Shown in pieces: positions 25,934-35,077 of a stretch of DNA of 64,000 bases (the first letter of the stretch is position 1; each line of letters opens with the position of its first letter). The notes beneath the pieces were generated by a model. The model was not told the origin of the DNA, made no database searches, and saw only the letters and a list, made by a program, of their open reading frames with translations. The position numbers and the translations under genes were made by a program. The stretch comes from Candidatus Dormiibacterota bacterium (GTDB lineage: Bacteria; Chloroflexota; Dormibacteria; Dormibacterales; Dormibacteraceae): positions 18,836 through 82,835 of the forward strand of contig DATKSS010000007.1 in the NCBI GenBank assembly GCA_035531515.1, written 5' to 3'.

Positions 25934-27032
25934 CCGTCCGCCTTCTCTCGTGCTCCGGCGTCGACCCGTTGGATTCGCCGTCCCCATTCTCCGAAGGAGC
26001 TTGCCTGCTGTGGATGAAGTCCTCCAGCTCTTTCTCGTACTGGTAGGTGTGGCGGTCGGGCTCGTAACGCAGGACGCGCCTTTGCTGGATGAAGTCTTCG
26101 AACGCGGCCCGCGTGTCGCGTGACGCCCTGAAGCCAAGCTCACGTGCCGCCTTGGCCGTCGACAGGGAACGGCCCCAGCGCAGCAGGTCTAGAAGCTGCG
26201 GCGAGAGAAAAGCCACCCCGAGCTTTCGGATGCCGAAGGCCGCGAGCTCGAGCCCGATGGGTGGCAGCAGCGGAGCGTGCAGCTTGCCGACCGCGTCGAG
26301 CAGCTTGGAAAGGGGCTCGGTCCCCGCCGACGCGATGTTGTATGCGCCCGCCGGACCGCGTTTGGTGGCGAGCGCGATCGCATCGACGGCGTCGTCGCGG
26401 TGCAGAAGCTGCAAAGACGGGTCGTAGCCGGCGACGGTCGGGACGACCTCGAGGTCAAGGTACCGTGCGAGCGGCTGCGGCTCCTGCGGGTTGAGGCTGT
26501 TGCAGAACCTCAGCACGAGGATCGCAATCTCGCGGTTCCGGATAGCGAAGTCGCTCACGTAGGACTCGACCTCCACGATGTCGCGCACGAACTGGTGGCG
26601 CGAGTTGCTGTCGAGGCGGTGGTCCTCGCGGAGGCTCGCCGGCAGGTCGAAGCGCGAGCCGTACACGTGGCCCGACGACTTGAGGACGAACCGGCGGACT
26701 GGGCTGCCCTCGCCGGCGCAGCCCGCCAGCAGGTTCAAGGTCCCGATCACGTTCATCTCGTGTGCGCGGCGCGCGTCCATGTCGAACGAGTCGATGCGCG
26801 TGAGCGTGTGCACCACCGTGTCGATTCCGACGGAGCGAACGAGCTTGCCGATCAGTGAGTGCCGGATGTCGAGCTGGAGGTAGTCCGCCCGGCCGAGGTC
26901 GTACCTCGGCTCGCGGGTGTCGATGCCGATGACCTCGGCGACCTCAGGGTCCTCAACCAGCCGCTGCACGAGCAGCGCGCCCCACCAGCGCGCGACGCCC
27001 GTGACGAGGATCCGCCGCTTCCTGGATCTCAC
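25887..27032 (-). CDS. NAD-dependent epimerase/dehydratase family (extended SDR, degenerate Gly motif)
   Basis: 381 aa. ILVTGVARWWGALLVQRL replaces GxxGxxG. An extended-SDR body follows. The 3' end overlaps the convergent SDR gene by 47 nt. Confidence 0.75.
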   Translation of the reverse strand: MRSRKRRILVTGVARWWGALLVQRLVEDPEVAEVIGIDTREPRYDLGRADYLQLDIRHSLIGKLVRSVGIDTVVHTLTRIDSFDMDARRAHEMNVIGTLNLLAGCAGEGSPVRRFVLKSSGHVYGSRFDLPASLREDHRLDSNSRHQFVRDIVEVESYVSDFAIRNREIAILVLRFCNSLNPQEPQPLARYLDLEVVPTVAGYDPSLQLLHRDDAVDAIALATKRGPAGAYNIASAGTEPLSKLLDAVGKLHAPLLPPIGLELAAFGIRKLGVAFLSPQLLDLLRWGRSLSTAKAARELGFRASRDTRAAFEDFIQQRRVLRYEPDRHTYQYEKELEDFIHSRQAPSENGDGESNGSTPEHERRRTARSRPRPHRSQSLPH

Positions 27033-27112
27033 TGATGTTCAGTCTATGGGGACTTCTGCCTCCCCATCCCCGGCCTTTGGCCGGTACTTCCCCTCAAGTC
27101 GGGAAGCGAATA

Positions 27113-29518
27113 TCAATAGGTGCGCTTGATGACGTCCCGCTCCATCTGCGCGACGGCGCGCGAGACGGTGCCGAGCAAGGGCGATTTCGCCTGGCGAAGC
27201 GCGAACTCGAGCTGGCGAAGGAGCGAGTAGAGCGCCTTCATCGCCTTGACGGCGTCCCCAATGTCGACGTTGGCGGGCAGCGGAATCTTGTCCAGCGGCT
27301 CGCCTGAGGACCACCGGAACGCGAAGTCGATGTAGCCGTGCGAAGGCGCCCGCAGGTTCGGCTCATCGAGATCGCTCTCCATGTCGGCGAACCGGAAGTA
27401 CAGCGAGCGGATCAAGCGGGCCGTCTGCGCGATGGCGGGCGTCGGGTAGCGGCGCGGGCCGTGCGCCTGGCGATCCCGGCCTCCGCGCTCTCGGTCCTCG
27501 GCGGCGAGCATCACCATCACCGCACACAGCTCCTCCGGCGTGAGGCCTTCGAACCAGCCCAGCCAGGCCGCCTCGGCGACCAGGATCGCGTTCTCGCCGT
27601 AGATCCGCGCGGCGAACAGGCCTTTGTCGGTGGGCTTGTCGGCGGACAGGAAGCCCGTTTCGGTCAGGATCCTGGCCAGGCGCCGGAGCTTGCGCGGGTA
27701 CTCGTCCATCTGCCCCACGACCTCGCGCTGGCCGCTGTCCATCTCCTTCTGAAGGTTGCGGATCTCCCCATATTTCTGCAGGAGCTCGCCGAAACGTGGC
27801 GAGCGAACGACCTTGAGCTTGCGCTGCCTCTCCAGCAGGCCTTTGGCCTCGATCTCCAGGCGCTGGAGCATCCGGCTGCCGGATCCCATCGCCCGCGTCG
27901 GGCGGCCTCGCCGGCCACGCCTCTGAGATCCCCCCTCCCGGCGCAGGCGCTTCAGCTCGATGCGGATCGCGCGCCGCCGGTCCTCGAGCTTGAAGTACTG
28001 GGCGACGTCCTCGATCGAGACGTCGGGGTCGTCCCACATCCGCCGGCCGTCCGCCAGCTGATCTCGCACGTTGACCAGGCGCTCGGAGGTCTGCGCCGCG
28101 GCCAGGCGCTTCTGGAATTGCCCGAAGGATCGCTGCATCAGTGCCTCGGCCTCCTCAGGCGTGTAGACCCGAAGGAGGTTGAGGGCCATGTTGTAGCTGG
28201 GGAGGAACTTCGACTCGACCACGAGCGTCGGGCCCATGGCGACCTCGTAGATCGTGCCGACCTCGACGTCGGACTCCTTGAGGATCACGCCGTGGCCGAT
28301 CACGTCGATACCGCGCCGGCCAGCCCGTCCCATGAGCTGGGTCAGCTCGCCGGTGGTGAGGTTCGAGAAGTTGACCCCATCGAACTTCGTGAACGAGGAG
28401 ACGACCACGCCGCGCGCCGGCATGTTGATGCCGAGCGAGAGCGTCTCGGTGGCGAAGACGACCTTGATCAGGCCACGCTGGAACAGCTCCTCGACCATCT
28501 CCTTGTGGTACGGGAGGAGGCCTGCGTGGTGCTCGGCGAGACCGCGGCGCAGCAACCGGGCGTCGACCATGCGGCGGAACAGGGCTTCCTCGTCGTGGTC
28601 GGTGAGCGCCTGCAACCGTTCCGCGGCCACCCGGTCGATCGCCTCCTTCTCGGCGGCCGTGGTGAGGTCGAGCTCGTGGTACGAGCAGCGCTGCAGGGCC
28701 TCGCGGCACCCGCGACGCGAGAAAATGAAGTAGATCGCGGGCAGCATCTCCATCCCGCGCAGCTGCTCGATCACGTGCAGCAGGTCGTTGGAAGGCAGGG
28801 CACGGTAGCCCCCGATGCGGTAGGACGCCTCCTCCTCCTGGGCGCCTTTGCTCCAAGTCCTCTGATCGATCCCCCCCTCGTCCTTGAACAACGGCAGGAA
28901 ACGGTTGTTGATGGAAAGCCACATCTTCAGCTCGACGGGCCGGACGTCGTGGAAGACGGTTTCCATGCCGCCTCGGTTCTCCGCCATCCAATCGGCGATC
29001 TCGCGGTAGTTGCCGATCGTGGCCGACAGCCCGACGAGCTTGATCGTAGGAGGCGCCTGGATCACGATCTCCTCCCAGACCGAACCCCGGGGGAAGTCGT
29101 CGATGTAGTGGACTTCGTCGAGGACCACGTAGCTGACCAGGTCGAGGCGCTTGGGGTCTTCGTAGATGAGGTTCCGAAGAATCTCTGTGGTCATCACGAC
29201 TACCGGCGCTTCGTCGTTGATCGTGTTCTCGCCGGTGACCAGGCCCACCATAGACTCGCCGTACTCGCGAACGAAGTCATGGTACTTCTGGTTGCTCAGC
29301 GCCTTCAACGGCGTCGTGTAAAGGACCTTGACGCCCTCCTTGAGCGCGCGGAAGATCGAGTACTCGGCGACGATCGTCTTGCCGCTCGAGGTCGGCGCGC
29401 TCACCAGCACGCCGCCGCGCCCCCGGTCGAGCTTCTCGATCGCCTCGCGCTGGAACGCGTCCAGCTTGAACGGCAAGCCGGCTTCGAACTCGTCGACCAG
29501 CGACTCGACCACCTTCAC
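27113..29518 (-). CDS. Ski2/HelY-like DEVH-box RNA helicase
   Basis: Start at GTG 29518 (VKVVESLVDEF...), which overlaps the DUF503 stop as GTGA. Motif I APTSSGKT, motif II LDEVHYI, motif VI MGRAGRRG, and a long helical C-terminal region. 801 aa. Confidence 0.85.
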   Translation of the reverse strand: MKVVESLVDEFEAGLPFKLDAFQREAIEKLDRGRGGVLVSAPTSSGKTIVAEYSIFRALKEGVKVLYTTPLKALSNQKYHDFVREYGESMVGLVTGENTINDEAPVVVMTTEILRNLIYEDPKRLDLVSYVVLDEVHYIDDFPRGSVWEEIVIQAPPTIKLVGLSATIGNYREIADWMAENRGGMETVFHDVRPVELKMWLSINNRFLPLFKDEGGIDQRTWSKGAQEEEASYRIGGYRALPSNDLLHVIEQLRGMEMLPAIYFIFSRRGCREALQRCSYHELDLTTAAEKEAIDRVAAERLQALTDHDEEALFRRMVDARLLRRGLAEHHAGLLPYHKEMVEELFQRGLIKVVFATETLSLGINMPARGVVVSSFTKFDGVNFSNLTTGELTQLMGRAGRRGIDVIGHGVILKESDVEVGTIYEVAMGPTLVVESKFLPSYNMALNLLRVYTPEEAEALMQRSFGQFQKRLAAAQTSERLVNVRDQLADGRRMWDDPDVSIEDVAQYFKLEDRRRAIRIELKRLRREGGSQRRGRRGRPTRAMGSGSRMLQRLEIEAKGLLERQRKLKVVRSPRFGELLQKYGEIRNLQKEMDSGQREVVGQMDEYPRKLRRLARILTETGFLSADKPTDKGLFAARIYGENAILVAEAAWLGWFEGLTPEELCAVMVMLAAEDRERGGRDRQAHGPRRYPTPAIAQTARLIRSLYFRFADMESDLDEPNLRAPSHGYIDFAFRWSSGEPLDKIPLPANVDIGDAVKAMKALYSLLRQLEFALRQAKSPLLGTVSRAVAQMERDVIKRTY

Positions 29519-29850
29519 AGCCGGACCAGCTCGGTCGAGACGTCTGTGACGCGCGCCCCGTCGCTGTGCGCCTCGATGTAGGCCAGGACGTTGGCGAGCA
29601 CTTCGTCCGCATGGCGCCCTTCGGCGCTGACGCAGGCGACGGCGATCTCGGCCAGCTGCCAACGGTCCCGCTCGCCGACCTCGGCCGCCGCGACCTGGAA
29701 CCTCGCCCGGACACGCCGCAGCAGGCCGCTCACCACCTGCCGCTTGGATTTGAGCGAACCAGAGTCGGGAATGTGGAGCACGACGCGGGCGATCCCGACC
29801 GCGACGCTGGAGGCCATCAAAGTTGTTCTTCGATCATTCGGCGTGACCAC
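29515..29850 (-). CDS. DUF503 (YlxP-like) protein
   Basis: 111 aa. The IPDSGSLKSKRQVV block is characteristic of DUF503. Confidence 0.75.
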   Translation of the reverse strand: MVTPNDRRTTLMASSVAVGIARVVLHIPDSGSLKSKRQVVSGLLRRVRARFQVAAAEVGERDRWQLAEIAVACVSAEGRHADEVLANVLAYIEAHSDGARVTDVSTELVRL

Positions 29851-29954
29851 TCAATAATCATGGCTCGCGCTCAAAGGTGCTCGGCGGTGGCGGCCGGACC
29901 CAGGGGTTAGCTCGGCACAGATCACAGTGCACTTCTTTCCATTAGATTGAGGCG

Positions 29955-30482
29955 GTGGTTGGGGAGCGCGAGGCGCTTGCGCGCGAGCTGGTCAAGGCCT
30001 CGTACCTGAAAGGCGATTTCGTCCTTCGTTCGGGCAAACGCTCGAACCGCTACTTCGACAAGTTCCTTTTCGAGACCGATCCCACCCTGCTCAAGAGCCT
30101 TGGCGCGCATCTGGCCGCGCTCGTGCCGGCACAGACTCAGCGCCTTGCTGCGCCCGAGCTGGGCGCCGTGCTGCTCGGCGGCGCGGTCTCGATGGAGACC
30201 GGCCTTCCGCTGGTACTCGTGCGCAAGGAGCCGAAGGGATACGGCACGGCCAAGCAGCTCGAAGGTCGGGTCGCGCCCGGCGAACGGGTCACGATCATCG
30301 AGGACGTGGTCACCACCGGGGGCGATTCGCTGCGCTCGGCGCAGGTTTTGCGAGACGCGGGGTTGGAGGTCATCCACCTCGTGGTGGTGCTCGACCGCGG
30401 CGAAGGTGGGGAGGAGAGCATTCGAAGCGCCGGAATCCCGTACTCGCCCCTGTTCCGCATACAAGAGCTCGAGCTTGACTGA
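29955..30482 (+). CDS. pyrE: Orotate phosphoribosyltransferase
   Basis: 175 aa. PRPP-binding motif VTIIEDVVTTGGD. Confidence 0.9.
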   Translation: MVGEREALARELVKASYLKGDFVLRSGKRSNRYFDKFLFETDPTLLKSLGAHLAALVPAQTQRLAAPELGAVLLGGAVSMETGLPLVLVRKEPKGYGTAKQLEGRVAPGERVTIIEDVVTTGGDSLRSAQVLRDAGLEVIHLVVVLDRGEGGEESIRSAGIPYSPLFRIQELELD

Positions 30483-31845
30483 GCTGCTGATTCGCGGCGG
30501 CACCGTCTACACGCCGGGCGGCCCGGTGGAAGCCGACGTCCACGTCACCGACGGCGTGATCACGCGCGTCGAGTCGGGGGCGCGCGCCAGCAGCGGTGCC
30601 AAAGTCGTCGACGCAGCGGGCATGTACGTTATGCCCGGCGCCATCGACGTCCACGTGCACAGCCGAGACCCCGGTTTCCCCGAGAAGGAGGACTTCGGGA
30701 CGATGACGGCGGCGGCCGCGGCAGGCGGTGTGACGACGGTGTTCGACATGCCGAACACCGCGCCGGCGGTGGACAGCGCCGGCGTCATGGAGTCGAAGGC
30801 CGCGATGGCGCGAGCCAAGGCGCGGGTCGATTTCGGCCTCTGGGGCCTCCTCCGTTCGAGCTCGACTCCCGACCAGCTGGAGGGCATGGCGGCATCGGGC
30901 GCCGTCGGCTTCAAGGCGTACCTCGGATATGGGTTCAGCCTGAGTCGCAAGCGGGTTCAGCATGAGCTCGACCCCGACGACCCGGATCAGGAGGCGCCCC
31001 CCGACTACGGGACCCTCGCCCGGCTCGCTCCGCTCGTGGCGGAGCTCGGCTTGCCCCTCGCCATCCATGCCGAAGACCCGGCCGTCCTGGCCGCTTTTCG
31101 ACGTCCGCTCGAGACGTATGCGGACTTCCTGGCGTCGCGTCCGCCCGAGGCCGAGGCCGTCGCGGTCTCCGCCGCGGCCGCGATCGCCAAGGAGACCGGC
31201 GTTCGGCTTCATGTCGCTCACCTGTCGAGCGCGCTGGGCCTTGGCGCGGCCGAGGACGCGATGCGGATGGGAACCTACATGACGCTGGAGACGTGCCCGC
31301 AGTTCCTGTGGCTGTCGGATTCGGACTTCGACCGGGCAGGCAATTTCATGAAGATGCTGCCCCCGGTGAGGACGGCGGCCGACCGCGAGGCCCTGGTCGA
31401 CGGCCTGTCGAGGGGCGTGATCACGATCGTCGCCACCGACCACGCTCCGCACACCGACGAGGAAAAGGCCAGGTCGCTGGCGGACGCGCCACCCGGAAGC
31501 CCTGGGGTGCAGGGCCTTTACGTGAGCTGCCTCGAGCTTGCGGAGCGGCTCGGCAACGTCTGGCTGGCCCCGCGTTGGGTCAGCGAGTCGCCCGCCGCCC
31601 TGGCCGGATTGCGGCAGAGCAAAGGGGCGATCGAGCCTGGTTTCGACGCCGATCTGGTCGTCGTGGATCCCAAGGGCAGGACCCGGGTGCGGGCGGCGCA
31701 GATGCGCTCGCGCCAGCGCCATGGGGCCCTCGAAGGCAAGGAGTTCGGCTTCGCGATCAAGGCCGTCTTTCTGCGCGGAGAGCCGGTGGGCGGCGCCCGT
31801 CGGCCCCGCGGACGGATGGTCCGGCCTGCGGTCGGCAGCCGTTGA
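30475..31845 (+). CDS. pyrC: Dihydroorotase (cyclic amidohydrolase family)
   Basis: In-frame TTG at 30475 overlaps the pyrE stop by 8 nt. LLIRGGTVY..., metal motif AIDVHVH, later HAED and ATDHAPH blocks. 456 aa. Confidence 0.8.
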   Translation: MTELLIRGGTVYTPGGPVEADVHVTDGVITRVESGARASSGAKVVDAAGMYVMPGAIDVHVHSRDPGFPEKEDFGTMTAAAAAGGVTTVFDMPNTAPAVDSAGVMESKAAMARAKARVDFGLWGLLRSSSTPDQLEGMAASGAVGFKAYLGYGFSLSRKRVQHELDPDDPDQEAPPDYGTLARLAPLVAELGLPLAIHAEDPAVLAAFRRPLETYADFLASRPPEAEAVAVSAAAAIAKETGVRLHVAHLSSALGLGAAEDAMRMGTYMTLETCPQFLWLSDSDFDRAGNFMKMLPPVRTAADREALVDGLSRGVITIVATDHAPHTDEEKARSLADAPPGSPGVQGLYVSCLELAERLGNVWLAPRWVSESPAALAGLRQSKGAIEPGFDADLVVVDPKGRTRVRAAQMRSRQRHGALEGKEFGFAIKAVFLRGEPVGGARRPRGRMVRPAVGSR

Positions 31846-31876
31846 CCGAGCGTTCCGGCCCGCGTAGTTAGCTCAG

Positions 31877-32344
31877 ATGCGCGCTCGCACTGCCGCGTCC
31901 GCCGCTGCGGTGGCGTTCTTGTTGGTGGGGACGGCCAGCTGTCAGAGCCCTTCGGCGGCCCTGCCCACGGTCAGTGCCAGCGCCAGCCCGAGCGCGCCGG
32001 GTTCCAGCCAGCTCGACCCCGCCGTGCCCCTTCCGAGCGGGTTTCCGAGCGATGTTCCGATCTATCCCGGATCGCGCCTGACCGCGGGGGCCACGTTCAG
32101 CTCGAGCGGCCAGGCCACCTGGGGCATGGAGTGGGAGACGCTGGACAGCGTCGACAAGGTCCAGGCTTTCTACGGCAGCAGGTTCAGCCAGGGCGATTGG
32201 ACGATCAGCTTCAAAGGGACGTCCAGCCGCTCCTTCTCCGCCGCCTTCGCTCGTAAGAGCAACTCGAAAGACGGTGGCCTGGTCGGAGCCGGGTCCACCA
32301 ACGGCGTGACCAGGATCACGCTCAGCCTGGTCACTTCCGCCTAA
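31877..32344 (+). CDS. Secreted protein with signal peptide ending in Cys (possible lipoprotein)
   Basis: 155 aa. MRARTAASAAAVAFLLVGTASC. Confidence 0.6.
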   Translation: MRARTAASAAAVAFLLVGTASCQSPSAALPTVSASASPSAPGSSQLDPAVPLPSGFPSDVPIYPGSRLTAGATFSSSGQATWGMEWETLDSVDKVQAFYGSRFSQGDWTISFKGTSSRSFSAAFARKSNSKDGGLVGAGSTNGVTRITLSLVTSA

Positions 32345-32430
32345 AACTGTCTACTTCCCCACTGCGTGGGGAAGCGAGGAGATGATTCGAACTTCCCCTA
32401 TCCGGCCCTGCGAGCCGCCTGCCTGCCTGA

Positions 32431-33018
32431 TCAGGGTCTGGCGCCCGCGCCCCTGAAGATCGGGTTCTGGGCCAGCTCGCGCTCGAGGCTGGTGGCCGGG
32501 CCGTGGCCGGGGTACAGCGCGGTCTGCAGCGGCAAGCGCAGGAGCTTGGTCCCGATGCTCATCATCTGGCGCCGAAGGTCCGTCTCCGGCATCTGCTTGC
32601 CGATCCCGCCCGCAAGGATTGTGTCGCCGACGAATGCGTGGTTGGCCACCACGAAGCAAAGGCTGCCCGGCGTGTGGCCGGGCGTGTGGATGACGCTCAC
32701 CTTGAACTCGCCGAACTCGAGCTCGTCGCCGTCGATGAGGTAGCGGTCGGCCGAGCGGAGAAACTGCTTGGCGTCGGCCGAGTGCAGCGCGGTCTCGCCA
32801 CCCGTCACGGCCTTCACATCGTCCTTGCCGCCAACGTGTCCGGGATGGCAGTGGGTGGCGAGGATGAACTTGACGTCCAGGCCGGCCGCCTGCTCGATGA
32901 TCTTTTCGGCCGGCTGGCCAGGGTCGATGATGATCGCCTCCTTGGTTGACGCGCACGAGACCACGTAGCAGTTCACGTCTCGGTCGAGCTTGACCTTGAC
33001 GATGGCGAGCTTGGACAT
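32431..33018 (-). CDS. MBL-fold hydrolase (glyoxalase II-like)
   Basis: 195 aa. THCHPGHVGG (HxHxxH variant) and HTPGHTPGS. Confidence 0.85.
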   Translation of the reverse strand: MSKLAIVKVKLDRDVNCYVVSCASTKEAIIIDPGQPAEKIIEQAAGLDVKFILATHCHPGHVGGKDDVKAVTGGETALHSADAKQFLRSADRYLIDGDELEFGEFKVSVIHTPGHTPGSLCFVVANHAFVGDTILAGGIGKQMPETDLRRQMMSIGTKLLRLPLQTALYPGHGPATSLERELAQNPIFRGAGARP

Positions 33019-33036
33019 GAATCAGTATTTACCGCA

Positions 33037-33138
33037 ATGGAGCACTACGCTGCAGTGGCATTCGCGGTCGTGCTCTCCGCCGTCTGCCTGTTCTGGGTCT
33101 ACGGGTACGTGCGCCGCCGGTCGAAGAAGCGCTACTGA
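33037..33138 (+). CDS. Candidate 33-aa single-pass membrane peptide
   Basis: Below the ORF-track cutoff. ATG...TGA encodes MEHYAAVAFAVVLSAVCLFWVYGYVRRRSKKRY. About 27 of 31 internal codons end in G/C, matching genome coding bias. No obvious SD. Confidence 0.3.
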   Translation: MEHYAAVAFAVVLSAVCLFWVYGYVRRRSKKRY

Positions 33139-33153
33139 GGTCGTGACCGGCGA

Positions 33154-33450
33154 CTACTCGTGCTCGGGCGCGCCCTGGACCTTGATCCGAAGGGCATCCA
33201 GCGAATCGAACTTGTCCAGAGCGGGCTTGACCCGCACGCGGTCCGGGTACTTCGCCGTCTGGATCGCCTCCAGCAGCAGCTCGATCTCCTCGGGCGTGAA
33301 GTTGAGCGTCCTGTAAACGACCTCCTTCACCTTCGCCGGACGGTCGACTGCGCTCCGGATCACTTCGTCGGTGTCGGTGACGACCTGTGGGCGCGTGGGA
33401 CGAAAGAGCTCTTCGGAGCCTGCGAGCGAGACGCGTTTGAATGTCGGCAT
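33154..33450 (-). CDS. Hypothetical 98-aa protein downstream of ParA (candidate small ParB-like adaptor)
   Basis: Its start lies 13 nt after the ParA stop on the same strand. No recognisable HTH read by eye. Confidence 0.6.
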   Translation of the reverse strand: MPTFKRVSLAGSEELFRPTRPQVVTDTDEVIRSAVDRPAKVKEVVYRTLNFTPEEIELLLEAIQTAKYPDRVRVKPALDKFDSLDALRIKVQGAPEHE

Positions 33451-33463
33451 TAATAGACCACCT

Positions 33464-34234
33464 TCAATCTTGCCTGTGATTCTCCAACACTTTGGCCGCC
33501 AGTGCCCGGTATGACTTCGCTCCCTCCGACTCCCGCGCGTACTGCAGGATCGACTGCCCGGCGAGCGGCGTCTCCGCGAAACGGATGGAATCTGTGACCC
33601 CGAAGTCGTAGACCTTGTCCCCGTATTTCTCTCGCACGGCGGCGAGCACCTCCTGCGAGTGAAGCGCGCGCTGCTTGTAAAGCGTGGGGAGGATCCCGAT
33701 CAGCTCTAACCGCGGGTTTAGCCTGCGTTTCACACGCTCCATCGTGACCAGGAGCTCCTGCATGCCCCGCAGGGCCAGGAACTCCGCCTGGAGCGGCACC
33801 AGGACCTCGTCCGCGGCGACCAGCGCATTGATCACGATGAGGTCCAGGGACGGGGGGCAGTCGATGATGATGAAGTCGTAACGGCGCTGAGCCGACTCGA
33901 GCTTGTCGCGAAGAATGCTCTCGCGGCCGATCTCGTTGATCAGCTGGTTCTCCGCCCCGGCGAGCTCGATGTCGGCCGGGATGTAGTGGACGCCCATCTG
34001 GGGGGCCTCCTGCACTACGTCTGTGACGGTCGTGTCCGGGTCCACCAGGAGGTGGTAGATGGTCTTCTCGAGCTCGCCGGTCGGCTTCATGTAGAGGGTC
34101 AGGTGGCCCTGGGCGTCGAGGTCGATCAGGAGAACCCGCTGGCCCAGTTCTGCAAGGGCTGCGCCGAGGTTCACGGCGGTGGTGGTCTTGCCAACACCCC
34201 CCTTTTGCATCGCGACAGCGATCGTTCGGGCCAA
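33464..34234 (-). CDS. ParA/Soj family ATPase
   Basis: 256 aa. Deviant Walker A QKGGVGKTTTAVNLG and IIIDCPPSL Walker B region. Confidence 0.9.
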   Translation of the reverse strand: MARTIAVAMQKGGVGKTTTAVNLGAALAELGQRVLLIDLDAQGHLTLYMKPTGELEKTIYHLLVDPDTTVTDVVQEAPQMGVHYIPADIELAGAENQLINEIGRESILRDKLESAQRRYDFIIIDCPPSLDLIVINALVAADEVLVPLQAEFLALRGMQELLVTMERVKRRLNPRLELIGILPTLYKQRALHSQEVLAAVREKYGDKVYDFGVTDSIRFAETPLAGQSILQYARESEGAKSYRALAAKVLENHRQD

Positions 34235-34305
34235 GAGTGAACCGAGTCTAACGGAACCCGGGCATTCTGACCTGACCGGAGAGACCTAAATGCTCGTCAT
34301 CTAGA

Positions 34306-35058
34306 ATGGCGGCGCCCGTGATCATCGACGTCATCGTCCTCCTGGTGCTCATAGTCGCGCTGGTGGTCGGCTTCCAGCGCGGCGTGATCCAGCCTCTCAT
34401 GGCCGAGATCTTCTTCTTCGGCACCCTGCTGGCGGTTTTCCGGTTCCACGACCAGTACACGAACGAGATGCAGAAGCTGCTTCACCTCAACGCTGTGCTG
34501 AGCGTGTTCGTCGCCCTGATTCTCGCCGTCGTCCTGGGCGCCGTGGGCGGCGCGGTTGGCGGGGCTTTCCACCGGATGGAGTCGATCCGAGGCGTCGACG
34601 GGTTGCTCGGCGTGTTCGTACACGGTGTCGTGACCCTTGTCGTGATCTACCTGGCGGTCTCGGCCCTGGTGACCCTGGACAATGCGTTCCAGCCCGCTCT
34701 GCAGACCGCCAGCCTCACTGTCAAGCAGGTGGGTCAGCTGGAAAGCGAGATCCTCTCCAACCCGATCACTTCGGCCCTGGTTTCGAAGTCGGACCTGCAG
34801 ACGTTGAAGACGGCCGCGGCGAAGACGAACGCCGCCCACCTCGACTCGGTGGCCGGCATCCACCAGCTCCAGCAGATCTATTCGAACTTCCTGCAGCCGC
34901 AGCTGCACAGCTCGAGGACCGTGCCCATCATCCTTGGCATCGGCCACCACATTCCGTTCATCGGCCACGTCGGGCCCAACGATCTGAAGTCCGGGACGGC
35001 CAGCTCGTCGCGTACGTCGACGCCGGCGGCTAGCCCGACACCAAGCCCTCACAAGTAA
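34306..35058 (+). CDS. CvpA-family membrane protein with Ser/Thr/Pro-rich tail
   Basis: 250 aa. N-terminal IIDVIVLLVLIVALVVGFQRG and four hydrophobic helices. Confidence 0.65.
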   Translation: MAAPVIIDVIVLLVLIVALVVGFQRGVIQPLMAEIFFFGTLLAVFRFHDQYTNEMQKLLHLNAVLSVFVALILAVVLGAVGGAVGGAFHRMESIRGVDGLLGVFVHGVVTLVVIYLAVSALVTLDNAFQPALQTASLTVKQVGQLESEILSNPITSALVSKSDLQTLKTAAAKTNAAHLDSVAGIHQLQQIYSNFLQPQLHSSRTVPIILGIGHHIPFIGHVGPNDLKSGTASSSRTSTPAASPTPSPHK

Positions 35059-35077
35059 TAGCCTTCTCGTTACCGAG

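Noticed and set aside
27338-29581. 747-aa ORF on the + strand, one of the longest ORFs in the track.
   Set aside because: It lies entirely antisense to the helicase gene, which has clear motifs. Its translation is Arg/Ala/Gly/Leu-rich with no motifs. This is the typical open antisense frame of high-G+C DNA.
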